Shown here in pieces: positions 1 through 11,712 of a stretch of 64,000 nucleotides of DNA. A program made the translations under genes and the position numbers. The first letter of the stretch is position 1. Each line of letters opens with the position of its first letter. The DNA comes from an uncultured Methanoregulaceae archaeon (GTDB taxonomy: Archaea; Halobacteriota; Methanomicrobia; Methanomicrobiales; Methanospirillaceae): contig OY970343.1 of the NCBI GenBank assembly GCA_963717525.1, forward strand, positions 128,001 to 192,000. Direction: 5' to 3'. Under the pieces are notes generated by a model that ran no database searches, was not told where the DNA came from, and saw only the letters and a program-made list of their open reading frames with translations.

Positions 1-373
1 TATCACCGGCGTTTGCCCTGGCGATTGTCATATTGATGATGTGAGGCGTACCTGGACTAATAGAAATTTCTGTTGCCGCTATTGGTACGAGAAGGATAAT
101 AATTGCAATGACCAGAGCGCAAGGCCAGACAAAATTTCGGAGAAGATTCTGAATGGGACAAAACGGATTAAAAAGAATACTATTGTAAGGTACCTTCGTT
201 AATGGGAGAAATATCACCTGATCTTTTTCTCGAACTGCCACCTGACAATTATTTGAACGCCGACAAAATCGGGAAGACCATTCGTGGATTCTCAATATGT
301 TTAGAGATTTATTTCACAGTATTTATAATGTATCCATCTGATATACAGGAAACGGAACATATCGAGGAATTAT

Positions 374-1645
374 ATGAACCCTGGTGATTCACCCTCAGGA
401 AACGGATTCATCCACCCAATCCCATTTTGGATTTTTGTCTGTACCGCCCTCGGACTTATCCTTCTTATGGTAGGTCAGGTATCGGCACTAAATTTCAGCC
501 AAACCGGAGGCACCAACGGGTTGGAGGGCAAAGCAGCAGTTGTCAATTATCTTATGAGTTCTAACGGAACCCTTTACGCCGCTACGGGAAACGGTGTTTG
601 GACGTGGGACGGCTCGTCATGGTCTGAAGTGGGAGGATCTTCCGGGCTGACTGGCTATGCTCTCGTCGTTAACCAACTAGTTAGTTCAAATGGACTTCTC
701 TATGCCGCGACAGCCGGGAGCGGAGTCTGGGCATGGGACGGCTCTTTGTGGTCCCAAGTCGGCGGCCCTCAGGGACTACCTGGAATGTCGTCAAGTGTCA
801 ATTGTCTTCTCATTTTTAAAGGAACTCTTTATGCAGGAACATGGAACGATGTATGGGCCTGGAACGGAGCTTCATGGTCGTTAGTAGATAAAGTTGGATC
901 TTCCCCGAGCACCAGGACATTGTATAATGTCATTAGTTTGGTTGATAAGGATGGGACCATCTATGCAGGGACGGATAACGGCGTATGGATGTGGGACGAC
1001 TCATCTTGGGAAACTGTTGGAAACACATCTCTAGCTGTGCATGACGGATCTGAAATTTCCAATCTTTACGTTTCCGATGGCACTCTTTATGCGTCAACAT
1101 TCGGGGGCGTTTTATCCTGGGATGGCACGTCTTGGAATAAGGTTGGTAGCTTCACCGGGTCAATAGCAAACCCGCTTACTATCTTTCAACTGAGCAGTTC
1201 TCAAGGAAATCTTTACGCGGGAACAACTTATGGTGTATATGAATGGGACGGATCATCTTGGTCCTCAATTAGCGAATTTAACGGGAATAAAACGATTGAT
1301 CCATCTATTTTGGCGAGTTCGTTCGGGGTGAATTTAACAACTGCTCCAACGACATTCAGGAATCAAACCTTGATTTCTAGCATATTGATTACACCAGACG
1401 GGATTTTGTATGCTGGAGTTGCGGGAGGTGGGGTTTGGGCTGCTCCTCTTCAGACTCTGAATCAAACCGCCGTTAATCATGAACCAATATCCAATAATAC
1501 AACAGAACCGACAACCGCTGAGGGGACCGGAGCTGTCCCAAATCAAATGACGACTGCTACCGCTGCACCCGTCCCTCTTCAGATTCCCCTTGCCGGAATT
1601 GGCACAGTGATAGTTTTATCAATGATCGCGAAAAGAAGAAAATAA
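374..1645 (+). CDS. Secreted beta-propeller-like repeat surface protein with C-terminal TM/basic sorting tail
   Basis: N-terminal hydrophobic signal; repeated LYAxT..GVWxWDGSSW blades; Thr/Pro-rich linker; C-terminal hydrophobic helix ending AKRRK. Confidence 0.75.
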   Translation: MNPGDSPSGNGFIHPIPFWIFVCTALGLILLMVGQVSALNFSQTGGTNGLEGKAAVVNYLMSSNGTLYAATGNGVWTWDGSSWSEVGGSSGLTGYALVVNQLVSSNGLLYAATAGSGVWAWDGSLWSQVGGPQGLPGMSSSVNCLLIFKGTLYAGTWNDVWAWNGASWSLVDKVGSSPSTRTLYNVISLVDKDGTIYAGTDNGVWMWDDSSWETVGNTSLAVHDGSEISNLYVSDGTLYASTFGGVLSWDGTSWNKVGSFTGSIANPLTIFQLSSSQGNLYAGTTYGVYEWDGSSWSSISEFNGNKTIDPSILASSFGVNLTTAPTTFRNQTLISSILITPDGILYAGVAGGGVWAAPLQTLNQTAVNHEPISNNTTEPTTAEGTGAVPNQMTTATAAPVPLQIPLAGIGTVIVLSMIAKRRK

Positions 1646-1733
1646 AATTTTCAAGAAGTTTCATTCACTATTTGCCGAAGTTTAATATGCATTAAAATTT
1701 TAAATTGGGATGAAAAGAAATTTCCTATAAATT

Positions 1734-1761
1734 TTTTCCATTAATCTGAATTAAAAGAATG
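1734..1761. repeat. dif-like 11-6-11 site A1
   Basis: TTTTCCATTAA-TCTGAA-TTAAAAGAATG. Confidence 0.6.
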
Positions 1762-1780
1762 ACGATACGATCCACCCATA

Positions 1781-1808
1781 TTTTCCTTTTATTTGCATAA
1801 AAGGCAAG
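1781..1808. repeat. dif-like 11-6-11 site A2
   Basis: TTTTCCTTTTA-TTTGCA-TAAAAGGCAAG. Confidence 0.75.
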
Positions 1809-1877
1809 CAGAATTTTTGACTTCATAGAAAAAGCTCAATCGGTATACTGTTGCGTTTACGGTCAGTGATCGATTTT

Positions 1878-3727
1878 TTACTGCACATCGGCGAGCCGGT
1901 ACGTCCCCTTCGGCACGAGGATCTCAAAGCGTGCTCCCTTGCCCGGTTTACCGGTCTCACGGATTGTGATTTTGGAGATAGCAAGAATTTCCCGGGACAG
2001 GGCCAGACCGAGCCCGGTGTTCTTCCCAAAACCCCAATCGAAGATATGCCCCTTATCCTCGCCAAGGATGCCTTCACCATCGTCCTCACACACCACGATA
2101 TAAACGCCATCGACTTCCTCAGCAAAGAACTGGATGGTGGTAATCTTCCTGCCATACCGTACTGCATTCTCAATCAGGTTGTAAAATACCTTAAAAATCA
2201 GCGGATCAGCAAATAATTCTATTCCGGCAGATAGATCGTTTTTCACCTGGATATTTCCGAGTGAGGCTTGCTTTGCTGCAGTATCCACAAGAGTGCGTAT
2301 ATCCTGCCATGCAGGAGCAGTTTCTCCTATTATAGTATATGTTTTCGCGAACAGACTTATAGAGGAAATACGAGTACTTACCTGCTTGATCCACGTGAAA
2401 TACTTCTCAAGAGCTGGATCCGGGATCTTCTCGTGAAGTAATTCAACAAATCCATTCAAAGCCAGAATCTGATTGTCGATGTCATGCCGCGTGATGTTGG
2501 TAAGGAGGGCAAGCTTCCTGTTCGCCTGCCGAAGCGCCTCCTCCGCTCGCTTGCGCTCGGTGATGTCAATGATGATGCCCCGAAGCCCGGTGATCCTGCC
2601 ATTCACGACAATCGGTGACGAGTAGATGGTGACGGGAAACGTGCTCCCGTCTTTCCGCAGGGCCAGATATTCACCTGTATGTTCCGTTCCTCCCTTTCCT
2701 TCAATCATGGTGCGGAAATCCACCGAGACCCGTTTCAGGTCATCGGGAGCAATCATCTGCCAGATGGTAAGCCCATGCGTGAAATCATCCTCTCTATACC
2801 CGAATCGTTCGAATGCAGTGTGGTTCGAGTACGTCAGGTTACCCTCTGTGTCCGCTTCATAGACAACCTGGGGCAGGAGGTCTGCAAGCTCGCGGAATCG
2901 ATTCTCGCTCTCCCGCAACGCCCCCTCTGCCTGTTCCCGTTCGGTAAGGTCCCGGATCGACTCGATCGCACCGATGACCTCATCTTGCCGGTTGTAAAGC
3001 GGGCTTGCTTTGCCCATAAGCGTGACCGGTTTTCCCTGAGGACGAGGAAGGGTTGTTTCGGCGATCAGGACATCCTTCCTGTGAATGATATGGGTATATT
3101 TTTTGGCGATGATCTCGTCGGATTCATAGATCAGATTGATAAGTATTGGTTGCCGTTGCCCGTAGAACGGGATTGCGTACTCGTAATCTCCCTTCCCCAG
3201 CATCGCCGCGGCCGAAACCCCTGTCATCTCTTCAATGGCCCGGTTCCAGCTATTACTACGCCCTTGGTATCGATTGCAAAGGTTGCGTCAGGCAGGAAGT
3301 TGATGATATCCGCTTCCCGGCGCTCAAGGTCCCGGATACTGATTTCCGCCTTTCTCTGCTGGACAGCTTGTCGGATCTGGTGCGCGAGCTCGGTGAACTG
3401 TGACTTAGGTTCACCACCCTTCTGGAGGTAAAAGTCAGCGCCTTCATTTAATGCCTGGATGGCAATCTCTTCACGTCCTCGTCCGGTGAAAAGGATGAAC
3501 GGGATGGTATTTCCCGAAGTTCTTACCTTCTTTAAAAATTCGATTCCATCCATGTCCGGCATCTGGTAATCGGAGATGATCGCAGCATATGGCCGCTTCA
3601 CGAGCATACCGATCGCCTCTTTGGCAGAGGTTGCGGTATCCACGCTGAACTCACCGCTCAGCTCCATGTAGAGCTTGGTTAGGTCAAGCAGGGAATCTTC
3701 ATCATCAACATAAAGAAGATTATACAA
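1878..3727 (-). CDS. Hybrid receiver-PAS-histidine kinase (one gene split by a 1-nt frameshift near 3250)
   Basis: Receiver (LLYVDD..DYQMP..K) in 3224-3727; PAS, HisKA (TRHDIDN) and HATPase (NLIENA, DDGEG, GLGL) in 1878-3227; adding one base restores the PAS motif VIAWNRAIEEMTG. Confidence 0.85.
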
Positions 3728-4058
3728 AATACGACATCCGTAATTGGCAGCATAGGGTATTTTCCTTTCTGCGGTTATTATACGTTTTTTTAATCTTTAG
3801 ATTCTATAAAATCAAACCTTATCGGCAGCTTTCCGAAACCGTCTGATGGACTCTCAGACGTTGGCGTTGGCTTTCAGCGGCAGGGACAGGATTGAGGAAG
3901 GGCAAGAATAATCGGTGTCCCGTTTACAAAAGACTTTTACAATGTGTAATGTCGGCCATCAGTCACCAACCGCAACATCATCAGAATGGGAAATCCCAAC
4001 AAATGCGGATATCTTTGGTATTGATCCGGAAAAAAGAAGGGCTGGATGGGATTCGTGA

Positions 4059-4646
4059 TCACCCGAGCGGTGCGACCGTGCTTTTGTACATTTCGTTGAG
4101 CACCTGCGCAAGACCCGTGTAGATCGCAGAGAGCCCACAGATGATACCTATGTAGCCTGCGGTCACCACGATCGTCCCGTTCCCTGTTGCTTCCCCGAGT
4201 GCGAGAAGGAAGAACAGGATGGTCAGCGTGCCAAAGACTACCTGGAGGGCCCGGTTCGCTCTCAGGGTCCCGATGAACATGACCGCCGTGAACAGACCCC
4301 ACATAAAGAGGTACGCTGCCATTGCATTTCCTGAACTCGCATCGGCAAGTCCCATCTTCGGAAGGACGAGCAGGCCGACCAGAGTGAGCCAGAACACCCC
4401 ATAAGAGGTAAACGCCGTTGCCCCGAACGTATTGTTCTTCTTCCACTCCTGGATACCTGCGATGATCTGTGCGAGGCCACCGTAGAAGATCCCCATAGCA
4501 AGGATCATCGATCCCAGTTCGATGAACCCGGCATTGTGCAGGTTCAAGAGAACGGTGGTCATGCCGAATCCCAGCAGGCCCAGAGGCGCGGGATTGGCAG
4601 TCAGGTCGAGGTTTTTCACGTTCGTTACGATTTCATTTGCATTCAT
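4059..4646 (-). CDS. satP: Acetate uptake transporter (SatP/GPR1/FUN34/YaaH family)
   Basis: [15 protein letters not shown] signature, [12 protein letters not shown], multiple TM helices; adjacent to acs. Confidence 0.92.
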   Translation of the reverse strand: MNANEIVTNVKNLDLTANPAPLGLLGFGMTTVLLNLHNAGFIELGSMILAMGIFYGGLAQIIAGIQEWKKNNTFGATAFTSYGVFWLTLVGLLVLPKMGLADASSGNAMAAYLFMWGLFTAVMFIGTLRANRALQVVFGTLTILFFLLALGEATGNGTIVVTAGYIGIICGLSAIYTGLAQVLNEMYKSTVAPLG

Positions 4647-4715
4647 AGTTCTTCAGTTCCTTTTTTTGTTGAGTGGTTTTACATCCGTATCCGTTGTTTC
4701 ACCGGTTCCGGGAGT

Positions 4716-6615
4716 CTATTCTTCCAACGTTGAGATATCGCCGGGGTCCATACCCAGCTCCTTTGCCTTAAGGACCCGGCGCATGATCTTGCCGCTGCGG
4801 GTCTTAGGGAGCTTGTCGACAAACTCGATCTCATGGGGGACTGCGATGGGCCCCAGTGTCATCCTTACGTGATAGATCAGATCCTGCATGAGCTTGTCAC
4901 CGGGTTTGTTCCCGACTCTCAGGATGACAAATGCCTTGATGGAGTTCCCTTTCACCGGGTCGGGTTTGCCAATCACCGCGGCCTCAGCAACGGCACTGTG
5001 GGAAACGAGGGCGCTTTCTACTTCTGCGGTCCCGATATTATGGCCGGCAACGATGATGATATCGTCGGCACGACCGAGCACCATGATATACCCGTCCCTG
5101 CCCTTTACTGCAAGGTCACCTGCTGCATAAACCCCGTCGATGGTCTCCCAGTATTTCCGGTACCGCTCGTCGTTTTTATAAACGGTGCGGAACATTGCCG
5201 GCCAAGGTGCCTTGATCGCAAGGAAGCCACCGGTGCCCGGTGGTACGGAATTTCCTTCCTTGTCCACGACATCGGCAATGACACCCGGTACAGCTTTTCC
5301 AGCAAACCCGGGTCGCATAGGCTCCCCTACCATGGTGGTGATCATATGCATTCCTGTCTCCGTCTGCCACCAGGTATCGACGATCGGGCACCGGTCCTTC
5401 CCTATGGCATGGTGGTACCACACGAATGCCTCGGGGTTCAGGGGTTCACCGACAGACCCGATGATCCGCAGGGAATGCAGGTCGTACCTGTCCGGCCACT
5501 CCTCTCCCATCTTCATGAACATCCTGATTGCAGTCGGCGCGGTATAGAAAACATTGATCTTCTGCTCCTCGATCAGTTTCCACCAGATGCCCGGATCCGG
5601 GTAATCGGGCGTCATCTCGGTCACAAACACCGTGGCCCCGACAGCGAGCGGGCCGTAGACGATGTCAGCTGTGGCCGGTGATCCAACCGGGATCTGCTGT
5701 ACACCAGTAGATGTCATTCTCTTTGAGATCGAAGACGAATTTGGTCGTGTAGTAGGTGCCCACCATATAGCCCGCGCTCGTGTGCACGATGCCCTTGGGC
5801 GTCCCGGTGGAACCGCTGGTATACAGCATGAACAAAGGGTCTTCTGCATCCATCACTTCCGGCTTGCATTCTGACGGCATACCCTCCATGAGGCCATAGA
5901 AATCTTTCTCGAAATCCGCCCTGATCTCGACCGGGGGCTCTTTTCTCCTCCGGTAGATGATGAGGTGCTCGACACTTGGGGCGTTGAGGATCGACTCCTG
6001 GACTGTCGTAATAAGCGGGATCGCCTTCCCCCTGCGGATGGAGATATCCGCAGTTATGACGACCTTTGCCTCTGCTTCCCGGATACGCAGGTTCAGGGCA
6101 GTCACACCGAATCCGGCGAAGACTACGCTGTGGATGGCCCCAATACGTGCACATGCCAGCATTGCAATGATCTGTTCAGGTACCATGGGCATGTAGATAC
6201 AGACCCGATCACCTTTCTTCACGCCGATCTTCCTGAGGCCATTTGCAAAGCGGCTCACTTCTGAAAGAAGTTTCTGGTACGTGTAGATTCTCTCCGCACC
6301 CTCTTCTCCCTGCCAGAGGAGCGCAACCTTGTTGCGCCGGTGGTTCTTTACATGGCGATCGAGGCAGTTCGCTGTTATGTTCAGTTTTGCATTGACGAAC
6401 CATCTCGCATAGGGATACTTCCATTCCTTTACGGCATCCCATGGCCGGATCCAGTCAAGTTCCCGTGCAATCCTGTCCCAGAATCCATCAGGATCGGCCA
6501 GGAAAGCCTGGTACGCGGTCTCGTAGTCACCCAGCCAGGAATCCGCTTTGTATTCCGGACCGGGCGTATAACGGACATCGCTCTCAACCAGTTTGACATC
6601 AAAGTCTTCGGTCAT
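4716..6615 (-). CDS. acs: AMP-forming acetyl-CoA synthetase (frameshift near 5666)
   Basis: [17 protein letters not shown](YIVYGPL), [20 protein letters not shown]; removing one base joins the two ORFs. Confidence 0.93.
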
Positions 6616-6797
6616 ACGTTCTCCTATTCTACATTATTAATCATGTTAAAAGTACTATTTATAACTGTCGAAAAGAAGTTCGGCAATTGCCGATTCTCTA
6701 GGATGGGTTTATCATAAAGCCAAGGTTGAAATCGTGGGAAAATCCGTCTCTATAGTGTCAGGAGGATTACGGAAATGTGATAAAAATAAAACCCGAA

Positions 6798-8252
6798 TCA
6801 TCCTACCACTTCCCGACAGGTATCGCTTCCGGATCCTAAGCCAAAAGACCAGTATGCAGGCCCTCGTGCGGCACCAACATCCCGGCATGGTTTTTTACGG
6901 CGGGGATGCGGCCACCAATCAGTAATATCCCTGATGGATTCGATTGCCCCAGTGATCTGGTGGGTCTGGTCATAAAACGGAGAAGCCTTCAGCCATAGGA
7001 TCCGCTCCTTACATTCCAGCCGGTCCAAGAGTGTCTCCGCCGTAAAGGTACATTCATACTTATGGAGGTGGCGGTACAGCTTGCGCACTTCCGGATCATC
7101 GTTAAAGATGAGATCAACGAGAAGCGGACGGTTCTTCCCGTATATGGCAACCGAACACTCGTAATTCGTTTTCCCTACAATGTCGCTTGTTTTAACACCG
7201 GTCATCTCCTCGATGGCGCAGTTCCAGGCGATAACTCTTCCCTCGCTGTCCACAACAAACGTCGGATCGGGAAGAAAATTGATGATATCCGCAAATCTCT
7301 GGTTGCTTTCCCTGAGGACACGTTCTGCCTTTTTTCGCTCGGATATATCGGTAGCGATAGTGATGATCACTTCCCGGTCGCCCCACCGGACGACCCTGGC
7401 GTGGATTTCAAGAGGGATGTGCCGGCCATCCTTGTGGCAATAAAGAACCTCGTACGTTACCTCTTCTCCATTCCTGATCTCCTTTATCCGTTCCGCAATA
7501 TTGTCTGCAGACCCGGGGATATTGATCCGGCTGCTGTCCAGTTCAAGGAACTCTGCAAGCGAATACCCGAGAAGATTAAGGTTTTTCTTATTCGAGTACA
7601 GGACCTTCCCTCTGAAATCGTACACAACAATAGCAGCCGGTGAGGCATCGACCAGATCGGCAAGAAGAGCGTTTTCTTCTTCTGCCATCATCCCGTCTGT
7701 CCGATCTTCAAACTCAACAAGAATTCCTTTGTCGCCCCAGCTAAATACCAGTGGAATTATCCGGATTTGAAACGCCTTCCATTCTTTCCCGACCGGGATC
7801 CATGTATTCACGACACTCTTGATTCCTGACAGTCCCTTTCGCGCGGGATCGCGGATACGGTCAAACAGGTCGGCGCCGATGGAGGTTGCAGCGATATTTT
7901 TGTGTTTGAGATCCTCTATCGCGATCCCGAACATCTGGGAAAATGAATCGCTGATGTCTCGGACAATAGAGAACTCATCGAGAATGAGAAGAAGATCTGA
8001 GGATTGGCTGAGAATCTGATCGACCGGGAGCCTTTTTGAGAGAGTGAATACCTTTGCCGGGCCGGTCTTTCTCATATCCACATGGCCGGCGACAAAGAGC
8101 GAGCTGAGATACTTAGTCGTTGTTATCCGGCTCAGGCCTGTCTTTTTGGAAATTTCCTCGATAGTAAGCCCTTTTTGCACATCCTTCAAAAGGCCAATGA
8201 TATCCCGACAGTGGTTCTCGTCCAAGGTAATCCCCGCCTCAAATAATGCCAT
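6798..8252 (-). CDS. Winged-HTH plus multi-PAS sensor/regulator
   Basis: N-terminal LTIEEISKKTGLSRITTTKYL HTH followed by PAS/PAC repeats; no kinase domain seen. Confidence 0.8.
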   Translation of the reverse strand: MALFEAGITLDENHCRDIIGLLKDVQKGLTIEEISKKTGLSRITTTKYLSSLFVAGHVDMRKTGPAKVFTLSKRLPVDQILSQSSDLLLILDEFSIVRDISDSFSQMFGIAIEDLKHKNIAATSIGADLFDRIRDPARKGLSGIKSVVNTWIPVGKEWKAFQIRIIPLVFSWGDKGILVEFEDRTDGMMAEEENALLADLVDASPAAIVVYDFRGKVLYSNKKNLNLLGYSLAEFLELDSSRINIPGSADNIAERIKEIRNGEEVTYEVLYCHKDGRHIPLEIHARVVRWGDREVIITIATDISERKKAERVLRESNQRFADIINFLPDPTFVVDSEGRVIAWNCAIEEMTGVKTSDIVGKTNYECSVAIYGKNRPLLVDLIFNDDPEVRKLYRHLHKYECTFTAETLLDRLECKERILWLKASPFYDQTHQITGAIESIRDITDWWPHPRRKKPCRDVGAARGPAYWSFGLGSGSDTCREVVG

Positions 8253-8424
8253 CTCTGATTTCGGGACGGAAATCCACTTTAAGAGAAATAATCGTCATGC
8301 CCCCCACAACGAATGCATTTGATAACTAAATGTACAAGTCTTTATATATATAATATGCCATTTTCATTAAACAGTGAAGCATTGAAGGGAATACCGGGGA
8401 TGTGATTGCACGAGAACAAAGAAG

Positions 8425-8784
8425 GTGACGTATTTTACGGAGGAGGAGGAAGAACTTGGCAGTCTTTTCATGCAGATTGGCATAAAAAAGAACGCGGCAA
8501 AAGTGCTGGTATTTTTAGCCAATAGTTCAGAAGCGACCTCCCATGCGATTGAGCGGGGGACAGACCTGCGCCAACCCGAAGTTAGTCTCGCCATGCGTTA
8601 CCTGATGGATCAGGGTTGGATCATGAGCTGGGAGAGCAAGGCCGAGAGCAAGGGACGACCGGTCAAGATCTACGCGCTTGCAAAGCCCATCGCAAATATC
8701 ATGGATTGTATCGAAAAGGAGAATAACGAAAAAGCCACCAATCAGCTCAAACTCATCAAGGAATTACGGGATTACCTTCATTAA
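8425..8784 (+). CDS. Archaeal winged-helix transcriptional regulator
   Basis: IERGTDLRQPEVSLAM..KGRPVKIY pattern typical of a methanogen wHTH regulator family. Confidence 0.8.
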   Translation: MTYFTEEEEELGSLFMQIGIKKNAAKVLVFLANSSEATSHAIERGTDLRQPEVSLAMRYLMDQGWIMSWESKAESKGRPVKIYALAKPIANIMDCIEKENNEKATNQLKLIKELRDYLH

Positions 8785-8833
8785 TCCTCAAACAACAGAG
8801 ACGTGTTTTCTGGTTATTTATTTCTACCAAAAC

Positions 8834-8861
8834 CGGACTTTTAATTGTTATAAAAGGAAAA
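8834..8861. repeat. dif-like 11-6-11 site B1
   Basis: CGGACTTTTAA-TTGTTA-TAAAAGGAAAA. Confidence 0.7.
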
Positions 8862-8877
8862 CTTGGCAATCAGCATC

Positions 8878-8905
8878 TTTTCATTTAATTTCTATTAAAG
8901 GAACA
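8878..8905. repeat. dif-like 11-6-11 site B2
   Basis: TTTTCATTTAA-TTTCTA-TTAAAGGAACA. Confidence 0.7.
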
Positions 8906-9048
8906 ACGCAATATCTAAAATTTTGAGAGATTCCTCCCCGGAAAATTACCGGAAAAATCCGACCCGGGAATCTGATCAGGACATCGACAACCGCAGACGC
9001 ATCAGAATCCTAAAGGAGGGGGAAAAGAATGGAAATTCAGAGAGTGTA

Positions 9049-9537
9049 TTAACCGAAAAAATTCATTTTTTCATAACCGACCAGAGTCAGTTTTTCATTG
9101 ATTATTTTCTCTGTGAATGGTTTGTATCCACGTCGTTTATAGAACACATCGTTTCTTTTGCTTTCCCGGCCGGTGAATAATTCAAATCTCTTAATGTGGG
9201 GAAAACTTTGTTCAATGCTCGTTAGAAGTAATGAACCAATCCCACGATTCTGGTAATCCGGGTGGACTATTAATTTTTTTATTAAACAGGTTCCCTCATG
9301 TACTTCCGCTCGAATTGACCCGACAATCTGTTTATCAATTTCAGCTTTTAGAACGTGAGTATGCCGGAATTCATCCCGGATATCAATAATATCTTGTTTT
9401 AACGGAGGAATTGAATAATCATCGATCAGTGCAGCTTCGCTTAGGAATGCGATCTTCTGAAGTTCAAGGATGGATTCGAGATCTTCGGATGATGCGACAG
9501 ATATGCAAATATCTTGCACGGTATGGATTTTGTTCAT
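9049..9537 (-). CDS. GNAT family N-acetyltransferase
   Basis: VHPDYQNRGIGSLLL acetyl-CoA motif; N..FYKRRGY. Confidence 0.9.
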   Translation of the reverse strand: MNKIHTVQDICISVASSEDLESILELQKIAFLSEAALIDDYSIPPLKQDIIDIRDEFRHTHVLKAEIDKQIVGSIRAEVHEGTCLIKKLIVHPDYQNRGIGSLLLTSIEQSFPHIKRFELFTGRESKRNDVFYKRRGYKPFTEKIINEKLTLVGYEKMNFFG

Positions 9538-9604
9538 CAGGTAACCTATGGTGAAATTATTTCTTATCTTATCCTGCCATTCATTGATGAAACTATCGCC
9601 ATGA

Positions 9605-9632
9605 TTTTCCGTTTATGTAAATAAAAGGAAAA
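9605..9632. repeat. dif-like 11-6-11 site C1 (degenerate partner C2 at ~9651-9680)
   Basis: TTTTCCGTTTA-TGTAAA-TAAAAGGAAAA, 10/11 arm symmetry. Confidence 0.8.
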
Positions 9633-9941
9633 TAGGGCAAAAACCTACAAATTCTTGTTAATTAAGCAGATTGACAGAATATTTCATTCAATCTTCTGGA
9701 ATTTATTCGGAGTGATATTGTCAACGTTCTCCATTGGGTTCTGTAAAGTATTGGCAGCTATTGAAGTTCGATACTTCTATGCGGGAAACTGAACTGCCGA
9801 CACCTTGACAGAACCTTATCTCGCAGCATTAATAATGAGACACGTCGCAGTTCAATTTAATCTTTTCCGGCACACACTGACAGACATGGCGGGATCATCC
9901 TGTGGAAAGCGCGGGGACGTTCAGCCGAAAGAAGAGGATGC

Positions 9942-11537
9942 ATGACCCAGAGGATGCCACTTAGATACGGTTTGGTTATAGTTCTGCTTTTGATCGCGGC
10001 AGTGGGGCAGATGGCATCCGTGGGAGCTGCGGTTATTCCTATTGATACCACCTACCCCGGAGGGATCACTGCGGCGGTCTCCGCTGCGGGGAGTGGAGGT
10101 ACGGTTATCCTTGCGCCGGGCACCTACGAAGAGCACGCTATTTCTGTCGGGAATTCAGTTACCATTGAAGCCAATGCCTCACTCGGAGGAAACGAGGATA
10201 ACACCATTATCGATGCACAGCACCTTGACAGGATCTTTTCGGTAGCGGGCAGTTACACGCTGGTAATCGACAACCTGACACTGGAGAATGGCCAGGTCCC
10301 CAGTGGCTTCTCCGGTGGTAATGGTGGCGCCGTTGATGCAGGTAACGGCGGCAGTGTAACGGTGACCTCCTCCTCCATTACCGCATGCCAGGCAGGAGAC
10401 GCCACCGGCAGTCCCGGAAATGGCGGTGATGGCGGTGCCATTTTTGCAACAGGTGGTGTATCAGTGACCTCCTCCTCCATCACCGCATGCCGGGCGGGAG
10501 ATGCCCGCAACAATGGCGGCAATGGCGGCGATGGCGGTGCCATTTTTGCAGCAGGGAGTGTGTCGGTGACCTCCTCCACCTTCACCGGGTGCCGGGCGGG
10601 AGATGCCAGTGGCAGTCCCGGCCATAACGGCAATGGCGGCGATGGCGGTGCCATCTTCACACAGACCGGAACGGTCAGCATCACCAACGCCACAATTACC
10701 GGATGCCGGGCGGGAGATGCGGTCTTCGGTCCAGGCATAGATGGATCCGGCGGTGCCATCACCACCCACGGGGGCCAGATTACGTTCAGCCGTCTACTGG
10801 ATAACAGCGCACACGGAGGTGCAAATGAAATTAGCGGCCCGGTCACAGCAACCGACGACTGGTGGGGGAGCAACAACGGCCCGTCGCCATCGTCAGATTT
10901 CAATAACGGTGCTTCTGCGGGGACGTGGCTGGTGCTAGGAGCGACCGCGTCGCCGTTATCCCTTACCGCAGCGCAGGCGTCCCAGATAACCGCCAACCTC
11001 ACCTTTAACAACACCGGGTCTAACCTGGCATCTTTTGGCACGGTCCCAGACGGCATCCCGGTTGCCTTTGGGTTGGTCAGCGATTCCGGAACCTTCTCCC
11101 CCGTGACCGGGAGCACTTCGGCCGGGATAAATATGACCGAGTTCTCTCCCAGCTCGGCGGGTCTCGCAAATGTGAGTATCACTGTAGACAGCCAGACGGT
11201 CTACATGGATTTCACGGTAACCGCTGCTCCAACCGCGACCCCCACATCCTTCAGCTCCGGTGGCGGTGCAGCCCGGCTGGATTACTGGGCCAACACCGGC
11301 GGTTCCAGCGAGCCGGGGTATACCGGCCCTGCTGTCACACCTATCATGAAAAATCCAACCATGGCACCTACGGTTCAACCCTCGGTAGTCCATACGCTTG
11401 AACCTTCATACCCCTCAACCACGCTGCCACCGTTACCCACAAATACGCCCCGGGCTGGCCTTGATATTCTACCCGTTCTCGGAGCACTTGGCCTGTGTTG
11501 CGGGATTTTCTTCCTGTTCCGGAAGAAAGGGAATTAA
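9942..11537 (+). CDS. Secreted adhesin-like beta-helix protein with C-terminal sorting tail
   Basis: Signal peptide; repeated GNGGDGGAIF / TxCRAGDA units (Pmp-like GGAI); WWGSN; C-terminal TM plus FRKKGN. Confidence 0.75.
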   Translation: MTQRMPLRYGLVIVLLLIAAVGQMASVGAAVIPIDTTYPGGITAAVSAAGSGGTVILAPGTYEEHAISVGNSVTIEANASLGGNEDNTIIDAQHLDRIFSVAGSYTLVIDNLTLENGQVPSGFSGGNGGAVDAGNGGSVTVTSSSITACQAGDATGSPGNGGDGGAIFATGGVSVTSSSITACRAGDARNNGGNGGDGGAIFAAGSVSVTSSTFTGCRAGDASGSPGHNGNGGDGGAIFTQTGTVSITNATITGCRAGDAVFGPGIDGSGGAITTHGGQITFSRLLDNSAHGGANEISGPVTATDDWWGSNNGPSPSSDFNNGASAGTWLVLGATASPLSLTAAQASQITANLTFNNTGSNLASFGTVPDGIPVAFGLVSDSGTFSPVTGSTSAGINMTEFSPSSAGLANVSITVDSQTVYMDFTVTAAPTATPTSFSSGGGAARLDYWANTGGSSEPGYTGPAVTPIMKNPTMAPTVQPSVVHTLEPSYPSTTLPPLPTNTPRAGLDILPVLGALGLCCGIFFLFRKKGN

Positions 11538-11577
11538 TCTTTTTCTCAATAGAGTGTCTTAAACGAGAGGGAGTGAT

Positions 11578-11635
11578 GGCATTTGTCGAAACTTCCTAGA
11601 GGATTTCCTACTAAAATAAGGAATTCTACAGAGCC
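11578..11635. mobile_element. Possible minimal MITE / IS-end remnant
   Basis: Imperfect terminal IRs GGCATTTGTCGAAACTTCC vs rc GGCTCTGTAGAATTCC; GAT on both flanks (possible 3-bp target duplication). Confidence 0.35.
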
Positions 11636-11661
11636 GATTTTTAATTGTTATTAACGGAATT
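11634..11661. repeat. dif-like 11-6-11 site D1
   Basis: CCGATTTTTAA-TTGTTA-TTAACGGAATT (same spacer as B1). Confidence 0.65.
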
Positions 11662-11684
11662 AAGTACAATTTTTAAGTACGGAT

Positions 11685-11712
11685 GTCCTGTTTTATGTAA
11701 ATAAAAGGAAAA
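11685..11712. repeat. dif-like 11-6-11 site D2
   Basis: GTCCTGTTTTA-TGTAAA-TAAAAGGAAAA (same spacer and right arm as C1). Confidence 0.7.

Noticed and set aside
10253..11182. Long antisense or alternate-frame ORFs (e.g. 10253-11182, 2679-3431, 29132-30004, 51803-52780, 54881-55960)
   Set aside because: They are shadow ORFs of well-supported genes and carry no recognisable motifs.
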